Notes: generated by a model not told the origin, from the sequence alone. 64,000 nt of DNA from Eledone cirrhosa (GCA_964016885.1 OZ024740.1:152768001-152832000); one strand, 5' to 3'; numbered from the stretch's first letter, positions 1-12,910 are shown. Numbers and translations are program-made.

Positions 1-233
1 TGTGATCATTTATATTATCTAATTGCTTTGAAAGCCAAAAGATATTTCAAACCGCAAATTCAGAAATTTCTAGTTATACAATGACCATTCTAAATCCGAA
101 CTTAGGATACTGAGTCACATCATGAGATTAATTTACTATATAAAAACGAAATTAATTTACTATATAAAAAAAAAGGTCTTAATTTTAAAAGAATTGAGAA
201 AAAAATTACAGAAAAGCCCTGAGTGAAGATCTA

Positions 234-1206
234 TTGGATATCAATAAATTTGAAATTATCACCAATCTCGGAATAGAACGGAAGACCGAACCTTTCATAC
301 CAAGGCAACCACGGATAAATTTTAAAGACCATAAAAGAAATTTCGAAGAGGACTTACCTGTTAGACTTATTGCACCTTCGAAGTCAGAGCTTGGAATAAT
401 TAGTAAAAACATAATAGATAGGATTTTGCGAACGTTAAAATTGAGGTCAAGGCTTAACTTATGGAAGGACACTAGTGAAGTCATAGATTGGTTCAATAAT
501 ATCGAAAATAAGACAAATCATGAATTCATTCAAATGGACATAGCGAGTTATTACTCCTCAATAACTCCTAACCTTTTTAATAAGGCGCTTTCATATCTAG
601 TGACGAGATTAATATTATTTTAACGGCAAGGCAACCTTGATTGACTTTAATAATGATTTTTGGACTCGTTCGGATAGGCAGAAAAATTTCGACATTACTA
701 TGGGCTCGTCCGGTTCGGCGCAAGTTACCGATCTTGTGGGAATTTTCATCCCTAATATGATAAATAGAAAACTGCCGGAGATTACCGGTGGTTTATATGG
801 AGATGACATATTATTTACTGTAGTTAAACATAATAATAGCGAATTAAATAGAGTAAAGAAAGTAATTATAGAATTCTTTAAAAATTACGACCTGAAATTA
901 GAAGTAGAAAATAACAATAAAATAGTTAACTTTTTAGACGTAACCCTTAATTTAAACTCAGGCCTTTATTACCCTTTCCATAAACTCAATGAAAACCTAA
1001 ATTATGTTAGCTCTTACTCTAATCATCCTAAAAGTGCTTAAAATGCAATAGTCAATAGCGTCCAACAACGAATATCCAGATTATCTGCTAACAGATCCAT
1101 TTTTAATAGTAAAGCTGGATATTATAATGAAGCGTTACATAAAGCAGGATGCAAAAATAATATTGAATATGTAGAAAAAATAATATTAATTATAAACACA
1201 ATATTC

Positions 1207-1242
<36 letters not shown>

Positions 1243-1590
1243 CTGACTGTAAAAATAACAACTTGAGGAATAAATCGGGGAAAAAAATTAGGACTAGATC
1301 TATAATTTGGTATGCCCCACCAGCATCTTTAGCTATTAAAACACCTTTAGCACATTTATTTTTAAAAGCCTTGGATAAATGTTTCCCTAGATCACATAAG
1401 TATTATTCTATCTTCAATAGACACACAGTTAAACTCTCTTATTCAACAACTATGAATATTGCTCAAAATATTGCAAAAATTAATAGCAAAATTCTTAATT
1501 CGAACCAGCATATAAGTAGCGATAATAACAATAATAATAATAATAATACATTAGTTAATGTGACTAACAATAACAATAGTTTAAATACGA
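234..1590 (+). pseudogene. PLE reverse transcriptase/thumb region, frameshifted with stops
   Basis: ORFs 234-623, 637-1041 and the start of 1263-1799 carry the PLE RT motifs in order. Confidence 0.85.
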
Positions 1591-1829
1591 TTGGCCACAA
1601 GAGCCGACATATAGGGGACAATACAAAAGACTGGGACAGTGGGGTTTTACAGAAAAATCGAGTAAACAATATGAATAACAATAACAAAGTAACAATAAAA
1701 ATACAAGAAAATTCCCCAATAGGGGGGATGACGACCCAGGGTTTGCTCAGGTACCCCACCAATCCTGAACGACTCGACGCTTCGAGAGCACCCTGGTAGG
1801 GTACCCCTCTCCTCCTCAAATTTACCCAC

Positions 1830-4800
1830 CTACGGGCGCATGACCAGAGTAGACCCTCTCACACGGGCCATTCGCGCCACATTCACCCACCTTTCAGAAA
1901 ATGTACTGGGGGGCAGCACTTCTCTCTCCACCCTCACCTTCCTTTCCAAGTGAAACTTGAAAAAGTTGATGAGGGATTGGCCGAAGAGAAAAGTGTCTGT
2001 CTTCAGTCCTTTCAACCTCGTCCACCATACAACCTCTTCCGCTACTGCTACTAGACAGAGGAAAATTGCCTGCCCTTCCTGGCCAAAGGAAAGCGGCGGG
2101 TCGATCTTCACTATGGACTCGGCCGATAGCCGGATCCGTTCTACACGCGACAACAGCTGTTCGACATAACTCCATAAGTCAGTAATGCACGGACACTGGA
2201 CGAGTGTGTGCAGAACGGTTTCGTCGCTCTGCGCGCATTTTGGGCAGATCCGTCTGACAGCACTTCCGTGCCTGTAGAGTTTATCTCGAACCGGCAGTGC
2301 CCCCCGGTAGCACTGCCAAGCGAGGGATTTTTGGAAATTATCCATCGTCCCCGGCTCGAAAGTCCTCCGGAACAGACTGGTTAGTTCGACTTCGTCGACT
2401 CCCAGAACCTCTCCGAGTGCGTCGTTGCACTTGCCCACCACTAATCCTCTATAGAACTCGAGAGTGGAAGTTCCACTGACCGCATTGCCCGCTTGGTAGA
2501 GGGCAGTGAGTGCCTGGCAACATTCCAGATGCCAGTCACCCAGCGTCGGTCTCTTCTTGACCCAGGACTGCAGCTCAGTCAAAGAGACGAGCTGCGGAAA
2601 GGCCTGTCTGACAAACGGCGACCACACTTGTTGACCGTTTAGGTAGAATATCTGGAGATGCCGCAGCCTCAGCGCGTGTCTGCGCATCATTATCTACGCT
2701 ATGCCCAGCTCTCCACGAAGAGGGTGCTGGCAGCAGAATTTGAAGAGGAGCCGCTCCAAGATGGTGAGGCGCGAACGGGGGCAAGTAACGACAGTCAGAC
2801 GGTAGTATATGACGGACGCGATGTACGCGTTCGCCACCTCCGCTCGACCTTTCAGTGATAGCTTCCTCCCAGTCCATTTCTGGGTGAGACTGGCTACCCT
2901 GCCCGTCACCTCGTCCCAATTTTTATCCACCTGGAGGTCTGGCCCGAACCAAACCCCGAGCAACTTTACCGGTCCGTCCGTCCAGCGCCTAACGACGTTG
3001 TTGGACGACATGGACTTGCCTCTCCAGGTGCCGAGTTGCAAGCCCACCGACTTTTCCGGGTTAAGTTTTGCTCCCACCAACCTTTCATATTCCTCCAATA
3101 AGTTGCCGACCACCTCGATTTCTGAGGTGTCCGACACCATCACGGTGATGTCGTCCGCATAAGCCGACACAGCCTTTCCACGTCCCGGTTCGAGCAGGAT
3201 GCCCTGCAACAGCTCCAGCTTCCGCAGTAAAGGCTCGAGAGTCAACACGTACAGAAGGGAGGAGAGAGGGCACCCTTGACGGACCGATCGGGAGACCTGA
3301 AACGGTTCCGAGAGGTAGCCATTAATTTTGACCACCGAGCAGGTGCCCTGTGCATTGCAGCGATCCAGCTTCTGAAGACGAGGCCGAAGCCAGTCACCTT
3401 GAGAACAGCTTCCAGGTACCGATGGTCGACCCTATCGAATGCATTCGATTGATCTAAATTGATCAGAGCCCCACCGAAGCTAGGTTTACACCCTACCCTC
3501 TCTATGATGTATCGCATGAGGTGGAGATTGTCGTGTATGGACCTGATTGGGATTGCGCAAGTTTGCGCCTCCCCAACCAAATCCCCGACGACAAGCGCCA
3601 ACCTTTCGCTAACACACTGGCCAAAATCTTAAACTCTGTGTTGAGCAGAGTTATGGGCCTGAAATTGTCTAATGTGTCCCTCTTGTTCTCATCTTTCCTT
3701 ATCAGCGTCACTACGCCTCGGCTCACAGAACTGGGAATACTCCCGTTCTGCTGCCAGTTGCAGTAGAGCGCTTCGGTGAGATTGGAGAACAAGTCTGGCA
3801 TATTTACGTAAAGCTCGTAGGGCAGATCTTCCAAACCGGGTGATTTGCGCCTCATGCAGCCGACAAGGGCATCCTAAATCTCGGCTGAAGTAATCGGCCT
3901 TTCGCAGCGCCCAGCGTCGGCCGTCGAGAGTTGCGGCAAGCCATCGAGGTAGAGACTGAAGTCCGCCACCGTCTCTGACCCGCCACTTCCCCCGAACAAC
4001 CGAGCAAAATGTTGGCGAAAGGCCTCACACATCCGCTTGGAATCGCTCAGCTCGTGTCCGTCTCGGTCCGTCAAAGACCGAATCGTGGTTTTATTACCAC
4101 GCTGCGCCTCTGCCACGCGGGCCCATCGAACAGCTTTGGTTCCCTCGTTTCTCAGAGCACGCGCCTTAGCGCTGACAATGCAACCTTCGTGTTTCGCATT
4201 GAAGAAATGGTCTAATGCCATTCTCGCCGCTAGCACGTTATTTGCAATGCCACTACCAATAGCCTCGTCTAACCTATCTACCAACTTGCTAAACTATCGA
4301 CATTACTCTAATCTCTCTGAATAGGCGACCGTTTTAAAACGTGGACAGCTTACACTATTTCTGTCTATTTTCCTAATGAATATCCCGTCTATATACGATC
4401 TAGATGACCCTATGCGGTTAGTCCAGGTCCACACTGGCGCATTAGGGAAATCTAGTCGGTACCTGTCAGACAGTTGGAACTGGCTGATCAGGTTCTTGAG
4501 GCTTTTGCACCCCCCGCTCCTATCGGATACTCCCACACAGTCCCAGCGTGCGTCTAAGATGCTGTTCCAGTCCCCCGCTAACAGTAAAGGGCGAGACGTA
4601 CCCAGAAAGGCTTCCAGGCGTCTAAAGAAGTCCGGCCGTCCTGCCCCAGTAGGGGCGTAGACGGCCGCCAGTCTAAAGGCATGACCTTCGTTATTGTTCA
4701 CGTCCAGGACCACCAACTTCCCGTCCGGGTCCCGGAAGATCGACCTTGCCTCGAGATCCAGGCCTTTCCTAAACTGCACTGCCACCCCGCCTCCCATTCC

Positions 4801-4981
4801 CGGCCGAATAACAGATGCAAAGATCTGATAGTCGTTGAAAATGGCGCGTATCGGAAATCCTGGTCTCGCTGACTGCAATTACATCCATTTCTAGAGAGCT
4901 GAGGTCGTTGAGCAGGTGACCCTGCTTCCAGGACGATCCCAGGCCTCGAACATTTAAACTTCCTACTCTTAATACGGCCAT
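1830..4981 (-). pseudogene. Tx1-like ORF2 (APE endonuclease + RT), multiple frameshifts, stops and an internal deletion
   Basis: ORFs 4769-4981, 4303-4878, 3874-4284, 3502-3855, 3242-3601, 2694-3335 and 1830-2690 are colinear. Confidence 0.9.
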
Positions 4982-5016
4982 GTTGGCAGGTTAAAAGAGA
5001 GAGAGGAAAGGTTTAC

Positions 5017-6549
5017 TTACCTTCCGGGCTCTTGTGAAAGTCGGGTGGTTCGACCTCCATAGTTGGTGGGGTTTCTTTTGGGAACCCCTTTAAAAGTCTT
5101 GAAGTGGGTTTTACGTTCGGGGTTCCCACGTCCCGAGGAAAGCTGTCTCGTATAAATCGAGCGACATTCGCACCAGAAATAAATCTTCCGGGACGCGAAA
5201 TGTGCTCGATTTAAAAATGTTCCCCTCTTTTTGTATATTTTCACTTCGTGCTACGAGGGCCATCAGTTCCTTGTTGGCCCTCCTGACAAGCACGAAGTTC
5301 TGTATGTTTTGTTGGTGTGATTTTATTTGTTTGTGGCGGTGATGGTATAGGTAGTGTTGTTTCGGTTGTGTCTGTGTTTGTTGTGAGTGCGGTGTCAGTG
5401 GTTTCAGATGTTTGTGTGTATATTTGTTCTTGCGTCTGTTTAGGTTGTTTGCGTTTGGGGAATTCTGGTGATGGTGGTGTTGATGTTGGTGTTATTGGAG
5501 AGATGTTTGTGTGGGTGGTGTCTGCGTTTTTTATTGTGGGTGATTTTGTGCTTTGTTGAGTTTTTTTTCTTTTTGTTTCCTTTTTTGTATTTTGGGGGAT
5601 TTGGGTTTTCCTTCATCTTCACTACTGGTAGATGAGGGGTATGTGTCTGTAGGTGTGTCTGTGTGTGTGTGTGCTTATGTTTTTATTGATGTGTGTATTT
5701 GGGGGGGGGAGGGGGAATTGGACAACTTTCCTGGTTTCCCCCTTGGGTGGTCAATGTTGGTGGTGGTTTTTCTATTGGTGTTGTTGTTGGTGGTTTTGCC
5801 GGTGCTGGTGTTGGTTGTGGTCCTCGCCCCGGTGTCGGCAGCAGTGGAGTCCTTCGACCCTTTGCCTCTTTCAGCAGTTGAAGGCAGAAGGCTCGCAAAT
5901 GGGTATTTTCCCCACAAACAAAACAATGCGGCATTCTACCCTCGGTCATAATATGAATGACCGTCCCATTCTGAAGGCGGATGTGGTCCGGGATTGTCTT
6001 CACATTCTCGGGCCTGATCTTGTCCCTGGCCTGATCTGGCCGTTCTTGTCACTTCTATCGGGACGGTATCCGTCCCCTTCACATCACATATCCCAGAAGC
6101 CACCACATGTCAAGTCCTGGTGGGATTCTGGGAATGCGGAGACCGGCCGTTCTTTTTCCCATGTAGGAGGGGTACATTATGACCTTTCTGGTTTTTCAAG
6201 GAGTCATAGCGTGTTTCATAGCGAGGGCTTCTGACTTGAACAGCACCGAAATGGTGTCGTACTGTCTGCCCCTTGCTATGTATTCGGTGTCTTCTCTGAT
6301 GCACCTCAAAACGACTTCGACATCTGCTTGTGGAATTAAAGCTGCCCTTTTGGTTTGTGCTGAGATGCATCTATAATGCACCGTTCTGTGCTCCACTGCC
6401 TCAATAGCTTCTACCGGGACAGTTAAGTTGGCCCAGGTTTGCTCTTGCTTGATGAGCTTCCAGGCCTGGGCCAACTTTTCATCTTTGTTTGAGAGGTCCA
6501 TGTTGTAGGATGGCCTCTTTTTTGCTGCTGCCGCAGCGAAAGGCAACAC
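5017..6549 (-). pseudogene. Tx1-like ORF1 (gag-like, CCHC knuckle), frameshifted
   Basis: ORFs 6196-6549, 5683-6003 and 5017-5244; Cx2Cx4Hx4C motif. Confidence 0.75.
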
Positions 6550-6550
6550 C

Positions 6551-7057
6551 TAGAAATAATAACAATGATAATACGAATAGTTTAGATTATAGAAATAACA
6601 TGGAATTGAACTGTAACTGTAGAAGGAAATCAGAATGCCCTTTACAAAATAATTGCCTTGATAAGAATTTAGTATATAAATGTACCATTAAGACAAATAA
6701 TAATAATACTTATAACTACATAGGTGCCACTTCATCGAACTTTAAGTTTCGCTTTTCCAATCATAAACATTCTTTCTCAAATCCAGATAAAAAAATTCTA
6801 CTTCATTATCACAATTAATATGGTCTTTAAAAGAGAAAAATATGAAATACTCAATTTCTTGGAATAAACGTAAGAATTCTGATTCCTATCGGAACGCTTC
6901 CCTTTCACCAAACTGCAATCTTTGCAATTTAGAAACTCTATTAATAATTACCAATGATGGTAATTTAATTAATAAAAAGAACGAATTATTTGGAACTTGT
7001 CTACATAAATCTGGAAAGACATTTCAAGCATTATACAAATTTAGAAAAAAATACTGA
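6551..7057 (+). pseudogene. PLE Cys-rich linker and GIY-YIG endonuclease, frameshifted
   Basis: ORFs 6489-6818 and 6842-7057: CNCR..CPL..C, LVYK, YIGAT, CNLC. Confidence 0.85.
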
Positions 7058-8245
7058 CTAAGAAGAAAAAAATATTGACTATTATTAATAATTCTTGAAA
7101 TATTATTATTATTACTATATATATAATGTTTTACTTTACCTTAAAAATTGTATATCGTTTTTATATAATAAATTAATCTCATGATGTGACTCAGTATCCT
7201 AAGTTCGAATTTAGAATGGTCATTGTATAACTAGACATTTCTGAATTTGCAGTTTGAAATATCTTTTGGCTTTCAAAGAAAGCACTTAGATAATATAAAT
7301 GATCACATAAGTTGTACGGATTATCTTCCTTTGTTTACATTCTTCGTAATTAATTTTCGTTCTATCCAAATGGATTAATAATGTATATTTAACATGATTT
7401 ATACAGTTTAATAATATACGAAAAATCCTTAAAGGGAAACTACATATATTAAGATGTAATTATAGAAGTAAAATCGAAATAATAATACTTTTAAGAGTAA
7501 ATATAACTACTTATTAATCCTGTAAGTAAATGACAACTAATGAATTGAACTGTTTTTATAATGAAAAAAGAATAATTCAGATAATAATTCTAAACATTAT
7601 ATAAAATGCATATACTGATGGTGATATGCGCATAAGTTGTGATAAATATCCTTATACATATTTAATAGGTATGTAAACTTGCTTTATAGATAAAAATGTT
7701 TTTTTAATTTTGTAACAAAATATTTAATATATATATTAATTAAACTATGCTTTTGATTATTATAGAAAATATTTTATATTGTTAAATTTTGATATAATAT
7801 ATTAGTATAATTAGCTTAAACAAAACCAAATACAAAAGATATTAAAAAATTTCATGGTATTTAATTGGTCGCTTCTATTTAACTTAATATTTGAAAACAA
7901 CGCATCATGTCTCTTTCTTCTTTCTTACTTTCTTTCTTTATTTCTTTCTTTCCTTTTTGCAGTTACGTCTTTCCTCTTCTCTCATCTATCTCTCTCTCTC
8001 TCCTTCTTATCTCTTCTCTTCTTTCCTCTCTCTTCTTCTTTCTTCTCTTCTATCTATCTCTCTTTCTTTTTCTTCCCTAACACGGATATTTACGCATTTA
8101 AATATTTATGTATGTATGTGTTTATTTATTTCTTCTTACATTTTCTCATACTCACCCCCTCCTTATACTTATATCTCGCTCCACAGCCTCTTCTTCATCA
8201 TATTTAAGTTTATCATGTTATTATTTGTAGTATATAAATATTGAG

Positions 8246-8276
8246 ATACTGGAATTGAACCATCAAGACAGTTGAG
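8246..8276 (+). CDS. Candidate upstream micro-exon of the neuropeptide precursor ((x)TGIEPSRQLR)
   Basis: Good donor AG|gtatgt in phase 2, which would complete R-PKR or R-SKR with the next exons. The acceptor (ttgag|) is poor and an in-frame TGA lies just upstream. Confidence 0.25.
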
Positions 8277-8427
8277 GTATGTCATACATCAATTCATGTA
8301 TTTTATCTGACGAGGACGTACTGAAAAAACAGCATAGTATCTCCGAAATATATATAATAAAACATATATTTTGATTATGTAAACGTCTTCATTTATTAAT
8401 ATTTTGAATAATATATATATATATATA

Positions 8428-8694
8428 ATTGGCACTCTGTCGGTTACGACGATGCGCCTTTCAGTTGATATCAAAGGAACAGCCTGCTCATGAAATTAAC
8501 TGAGCATTCTCACAGACACTCGTACCCTTAGCGTAGTTCTCAGAGAGATTCAGCGTGACACAGAATGTGACAAGGCTGGTCCTTCGAATTACAGATACAA
8601 CTCATTCTTACCAGCTGAGTGGACTGGAGCAACCTAAAATAAAGTTTCTTGCTCAAAGACACTACTCGCTGCCGGAAATCGAACTCACGACCTT

Positions 8695-8696
<2 letters not shown>
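8428..8696 (-). mobile_element. tRNA-derived SINE, family B
   Basis: Reverse complement of the 29003-29285 copy (gagttcga box-B-like motif, ttgagcaag..actttattt). Confidence 0.75.
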
Positions 8697-8743
<47 letters not shown>

Positions 8744-8746
<3 letters not shown>

Positions 8747-9282
8747 TTAAATAAAAAGTCAAATGATTAAAATTTAGCTTCGTTTATTACTGCTATATAT
8801 ATTTCAGTGACAGCCATCTTTGGCTGTGACCTCTTCAGGCAGTTTGAATTAGTATGGTATAGACAAGTACATATGTTGTTGAGGTATATAATATTGTCAA
8901 TACTCTGATATGCCCAGTTCCTGGTTGGGTTGTTATTTCACTGAGGAACTGGATACAACTCATATGATTCCAGTTCCTCAGTGAAATAACAACCCAACCA
9001 GGAACTGGGCATATCAGAGTATTGACAATGTTATACACCTCAACAACATATGTACTTGTCTATACCACACTAATTCAAACTGCTTGAAGAGGTCACAGCC
9101 AAAGATGGCTGTCACTGAAATATATATAGCAGTAATAAACGAAGCTAAATTTTAATCATTTCACTTTTTATTTAACTTTATTTTACACTACTCCGGAGTA
9201 ACCAAACCAACCTGCGCACTTCGTCGAGTGCTCCAGCCTGCATACTGAGGTGTTGGTATACAACCAACATAAACTCAAAATC
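8744..9282 (+). mobile_element. Fold-back PLE pLTR remnant: arms 8744-8953 and 8969-9178 plus ~100 nt tail, in (TA)n
   Basis: 210-bp near-perfect inverted arms containing a hammerhead motif; (TA)n on both sides. Confidence 0.85.
8790..8842 (-). ncRNA. Type I hammerhead ribozyme motif
   Basis: CTGC-CTGAAGA-[GGTCACAGCCA AAGA TGGCTGTCACT]-GAAA-TATATA-TA-GCAG; stem I CTGC/GCAG. The mirror copy at ~9080-9132 reads TTGAAGA. Confidence 0.8.
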
Positions 9283-9844
9283 TATATATATATATATATA
9301 TATATACATATACTTATATGCATTACGTGTTATAAAAAAACGTATTTTCAAAATTATGAATGGAATATATAGATATATAGCGTTGTGATCTATCATCTTA
9401 GATGGACGGCATGCCCTGTCTCTTTTATGAGTTATTGGCAATATTTTACTATTTAATACGAAATGCGAAGTCCTTAAGTGAGAGAATTATTAAGTAGTTT
9501 CATTTATCGTTCTGGTCGGATGCACTAATATCATTTTAATATATAAAATTAAACATAGGAATGCATGTGTGTTCCATGCGGTAGGGGGGAGCTTTGCACC
9601 TAGGTAGCTGGAGTTTTGTAAAGGGACATATCTTTTAAAAGGTATGTGATTATTTCTGGTATAAGCCCAAGGTAGGCCAGGTACACCAGCTAATAATATA
9701 TATTTATTATTATATTCTTTTAAATGTTTTCATTTTATGTATGAGAAAATACTTTCTGTAAATATATATATATCAAAAGTTATTTGTCTCTAATATATAA
9801 AGACATCTCAACGAAAAGATAAAATATCAACTTAGAGAGATAAT

Positions 9845-10015
9845 TAAACATATTAAACTTAAGCCAAATTCTCGACTGGGGGATATAAGTTAGACAAACT
9901 AAAATAAATCAATTTTACTCATATACTATCATATATAGTTGCGGATAGTATATGAGTATAACTGACTTATTTAACTTATATCCTCCCAATCGATAATTAG
10001 GCTTAAGTTTAATAT

Positions 10016-10021
<6 letters not shown>
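9845..10021. repeat. Diverged fold-back element beside (TA)n; related single arm at ~32470-32550
   Basis: taaacatattaaacttaagcc / ggcttaagtttaatatgttta and tactcatatactatc / gatagtatatgagta. Confidence 0.7.
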
Positions 10022-10068
<47 letters not shown>

Positions 10069-10074
<6 letters not shown>

Positions 10075-10393
10075 GACAGGAGGGAAGAAAAAATGGCTTC
10101 ACTTGTGCTTTCAACAAATTTATTTTCTTCACAAAATCCCAAAATTATTTTTTTCCGGATTAGAAAAAATATTTTTCTTAAAAAAAATTATTTTATAAAT
10201 TAATTTATAAAATTTTACAACTTAATTTATAAAATAATTTTTTTTAAGAAAAAAATTTTTTCTAATCCGGAAAAAAATTCTTTTGGGATTTTGTGAAGAA
10301 AATAAATTTGTTGAAAGCACAAGTGAAGCCATTTTTTCTTCCCCCCTGTCTTAATATACCTAACTGTACCAAGGATTACACACATTTTTCCAA
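10069..10393 (+). repeat. Fold-back element (arms ~10069-10203 and 10223-10356) plus ~37 nt tail, in (TA)n
   Basis: ttaagacaggagggaagaaaaaatggcttc... is mirrored by ...gaagccattttttcttcccccctgtcttaa; no ribozyme core seen. Confidence 0.8.
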
Positions 10394-10412
10394 TATATAT
10401 ATATATATATAT

Positions 10413-12847
10413 ATAAATTAATAAAATAATGAATAAACAAAGAAACAGTTCCTTATATTAAAAAATTCATCATTTTACGATCGTTTCTAGGATATATATG
10501 TTAGTGTTGGTATGCATATCCTATAGATCTATGTAAAATTTTTATAAACTATCAGAGGGAATATACATACCTACACATATATATGCTGTCTTCAGAAATA
10601 ATGATATTTGTTTATTGAAAAAAACCAACAATAGGTCTGTTTGGGAACAGGTTTTGAATTGACCAATAGAAAGATAGGGAATATACATACCTACACATAT
10701 ATATGCTGTCTTCAGAAATAATGATATTTGTTTATTGAAAAAAACCAACAATAGGTCTGTTTGGGAACAGGTTTTGAATTGACCAATAGAAAGATAGTGA
10801 AGGTCAAGATGGTAAAATAGTAGTAAAAGAACCTCAATTTATGGGTAGAGGAAGGTAGATTTCAGTTTTGGATGGAAAGAATATTATGAATGAAAGATTA
10901 TTTTAGGGATGAAAATAGGTCATATGCTGACCTCAGAAATAATTATATTTGTTCATTGAATAAAACCAACAAAGATTTAATATAGTAGGTCTGTTTGGAA
11001 ACAGGTTTTGAATTGACCAATAGAAAGGTAATAATTGGCCAAATGGTAAAATAGTAGTAATGGAAGTTTATTTTAGGGGTAGAAGAAGGCAGATTTCAGT
11101 TTTGAATGGAAGGAGTATGAACAATGAAAAGGTTATTTTAGGGGTGAAAATAGGTCAGGTCAGTAAAAGGTACACGAAAAGTTGCTGTTATAAAAGAATA
11201 ATGCCAATGTAAATATCTAAGGAGACTAAAATGTTACGATAAAAGTGTTAGTGAAAAAAATATATATGGAATTTACATCTATGAAAAGAATATAAATTAA
11301 TTTAATTGATGGGTATATTTATATTGATAAAATTATATTAATGCATATAGATATGATAAATAAGAGTTAGATGTAATTGAAGAGTGCTGTTAAAGACGAG
11401 GGGAAATTAAAAAAATATAAAAAGAATATATATATATATATATATAATAATTGGGGGGGGGGTTAAATTTATTAGTGAGAAATAATAAATATATAGAGAT
11501 TTCAAGGAATATAGAATCATAACCTGAAATTAAAACATTATATATGTTTACTTAATGGTATCAATTTTAGGAAAAGATAGTTGTAAGAAGGAAATTAAAA
11601 TTATGTAGTTCATCAGTAGTAGAATATTAATTATAGGTTAACTAAATTGAAAAAAGTTTTTATATTAATTTCTAAAATGTATATTAATTAGGTTTATAAT
11701 ATTTAAAGGTTTTTCTCGGTTTATGATTACACGATATTATTAATTCCTGTCACTTATTTAATAGGATATCCTAAATTTAACTCCCCCCCCCCCCAATAAT
11801 TATATATATATATATATATATATATTCTTTTATATTTTTTTAATTTCCCCTCGTCTTTAACAGCACTCTTCAATTACATCTAACTCTTATGTATCATATC
11901 TATATGCATTAATATAATTTTATCAATATAAATATACCCATCAATTAAATTAATTTATATTCTTTTCATAGATGTAAATTCCATATATATTTTTTTCACT
12001 AACACTTTTATCGTAAAATTTTAGTCTCCTTAGATATTTACATTGGCATTATTCTTTTATAACAGCAACTTTTCGTGTACCTTTTACTGACCTGACCTAT
12101 TTTCACCCCTAAAATAACCTTTTCATTGTTCATACTCCTTCCATTCAAAACTGAAATCTGCCTTCTTCTACCCCTAAAATAAACTTCCATTACTACTATT
12201 TTACCATTTGGCCAATTATTACCTTTCTATTGGTCAATTCAAAACCTGTTTCCAAACAGACCTACTATATTAAATCTTTGTTGGTTTTATTCAATGAACA
12301 AATATAATTATTTCTGAGGTCAGCATATGACCTATTTTCATCCCTAAAATAATCTTTCATTCATAATATTCTTTCCATCCAAAACTGAAATCTACCTTCC
12401 TCTACCCATAAATTGAGGTTCTTTTACTACTATTTTACCATCTTGACCTTCACTATCTTTCTATTGGTCAATTCAAAACCTGTTCCCAAATAGACCTATT
12501 GTATTAAATCTTTGTTGGTTTTTTTTCAATAAACAAATATCATTATTTCTGAAGACAGCATATATATGTGTAGGTATGTATATTCCCTCTGATAGTTTGT
12601 AAACATTTTACATAGATCTATAGGATAGGCATACCAACACTAACATATATATCCTAGAAACGATCGTAAAATGAAGAATTTTTTAATATAAGGAACTGTT
12701 TCTTTGTTTATTCATTATTTTATTAATTTATCTTGACTCTGTTTTCTGAAAAATATTTTTGAATACATCTTCTCTTTTCATGATATTCGGATTACATTGA
12801 GTTCTTCATACGGATTGGACACTACCGTACATTTTGGTAGATTTATC

Positions 12848-12851
<4 letters not shown>
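10413..12851 (+). mobile_element. Large fold-back PLE 3' remnant: ~1 kb arms (10413-11471 and 11772-12731) plus 120 nt tail
   Basis: Arms are near-identical reverse complements; the left arm has a ~120 bp tandem duplication (10557-10796); arm end and tail are shared with 20392-21095. Confidence 0.85.
12545..12672 (+). ncRNA. Hammerhead-like motif with ~100 nt stem II
   Basis: ATTT-CTGAAGA-[..ATATATATGT..GGTATG....CATACC..ACATATATAT..]-GAAA-CGATCG-TA-AAAT. Confidence 0.55.

Positions 12852-12910
<59 letters not shown>

Larger units (their letters stand above)
1590..6550 (-). mobile_element. Tx1/L1-clade non-LTR retrotransposon, near full length, degenerate
   Basis: ORF1 pieces (6549 to 5017) with zinc knuckle CFVCGENTHLRAFC. 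ORF2 pieces (4981 to 1830): APE endonuclease (SLNVRGL, VYAP, AGDWN), RT (FRPITLLN, AFDRVDH, VRQGCPLS, YADD), C-terminal CPKC..ETVLHTLVQC. Confidence 0.93.
1..7307 (+). mobile_element. Penelope-like retroelement (Naiad-type), 5'-truncated with inverted pLTR copy, interrupted by a Tx1-like LINE at ~1590-6550
   Basis: Broken ORF pieces: RT (RLIAPSKSELG, DIASYYSSI, FDITMGS, GLYGDD, NFLDVTL, SNHP), IIWYAPP, then CNCRRKSECPLQNNCL and a GIY-YIG-like VYK..YIG..FRFSNH..CNLC..NKKNELFGTCLH. Bases 1-149 are the reverse complement of 7156-7307. Confidence 0.9.

Noticed and set aside
7170-7295. Hammerhead in the pLTR of the first PLE
   Set aside because: GAAA-GCAC-TT-AGA is present but no convincing CTGANGA partner
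7854-8244. Hydrophobic Phe/Leu/Ser ORFs resembling a signal peptide
   Set aside because: Derived from a CT-rich low-complexity tract; an in-frame stop precedes the 8276 donor
9525-9695. Small Helitron-like remnant ending ccaggtacaccagctaat
   Set aside because: Hairpin and CTAG end too degenerate to support
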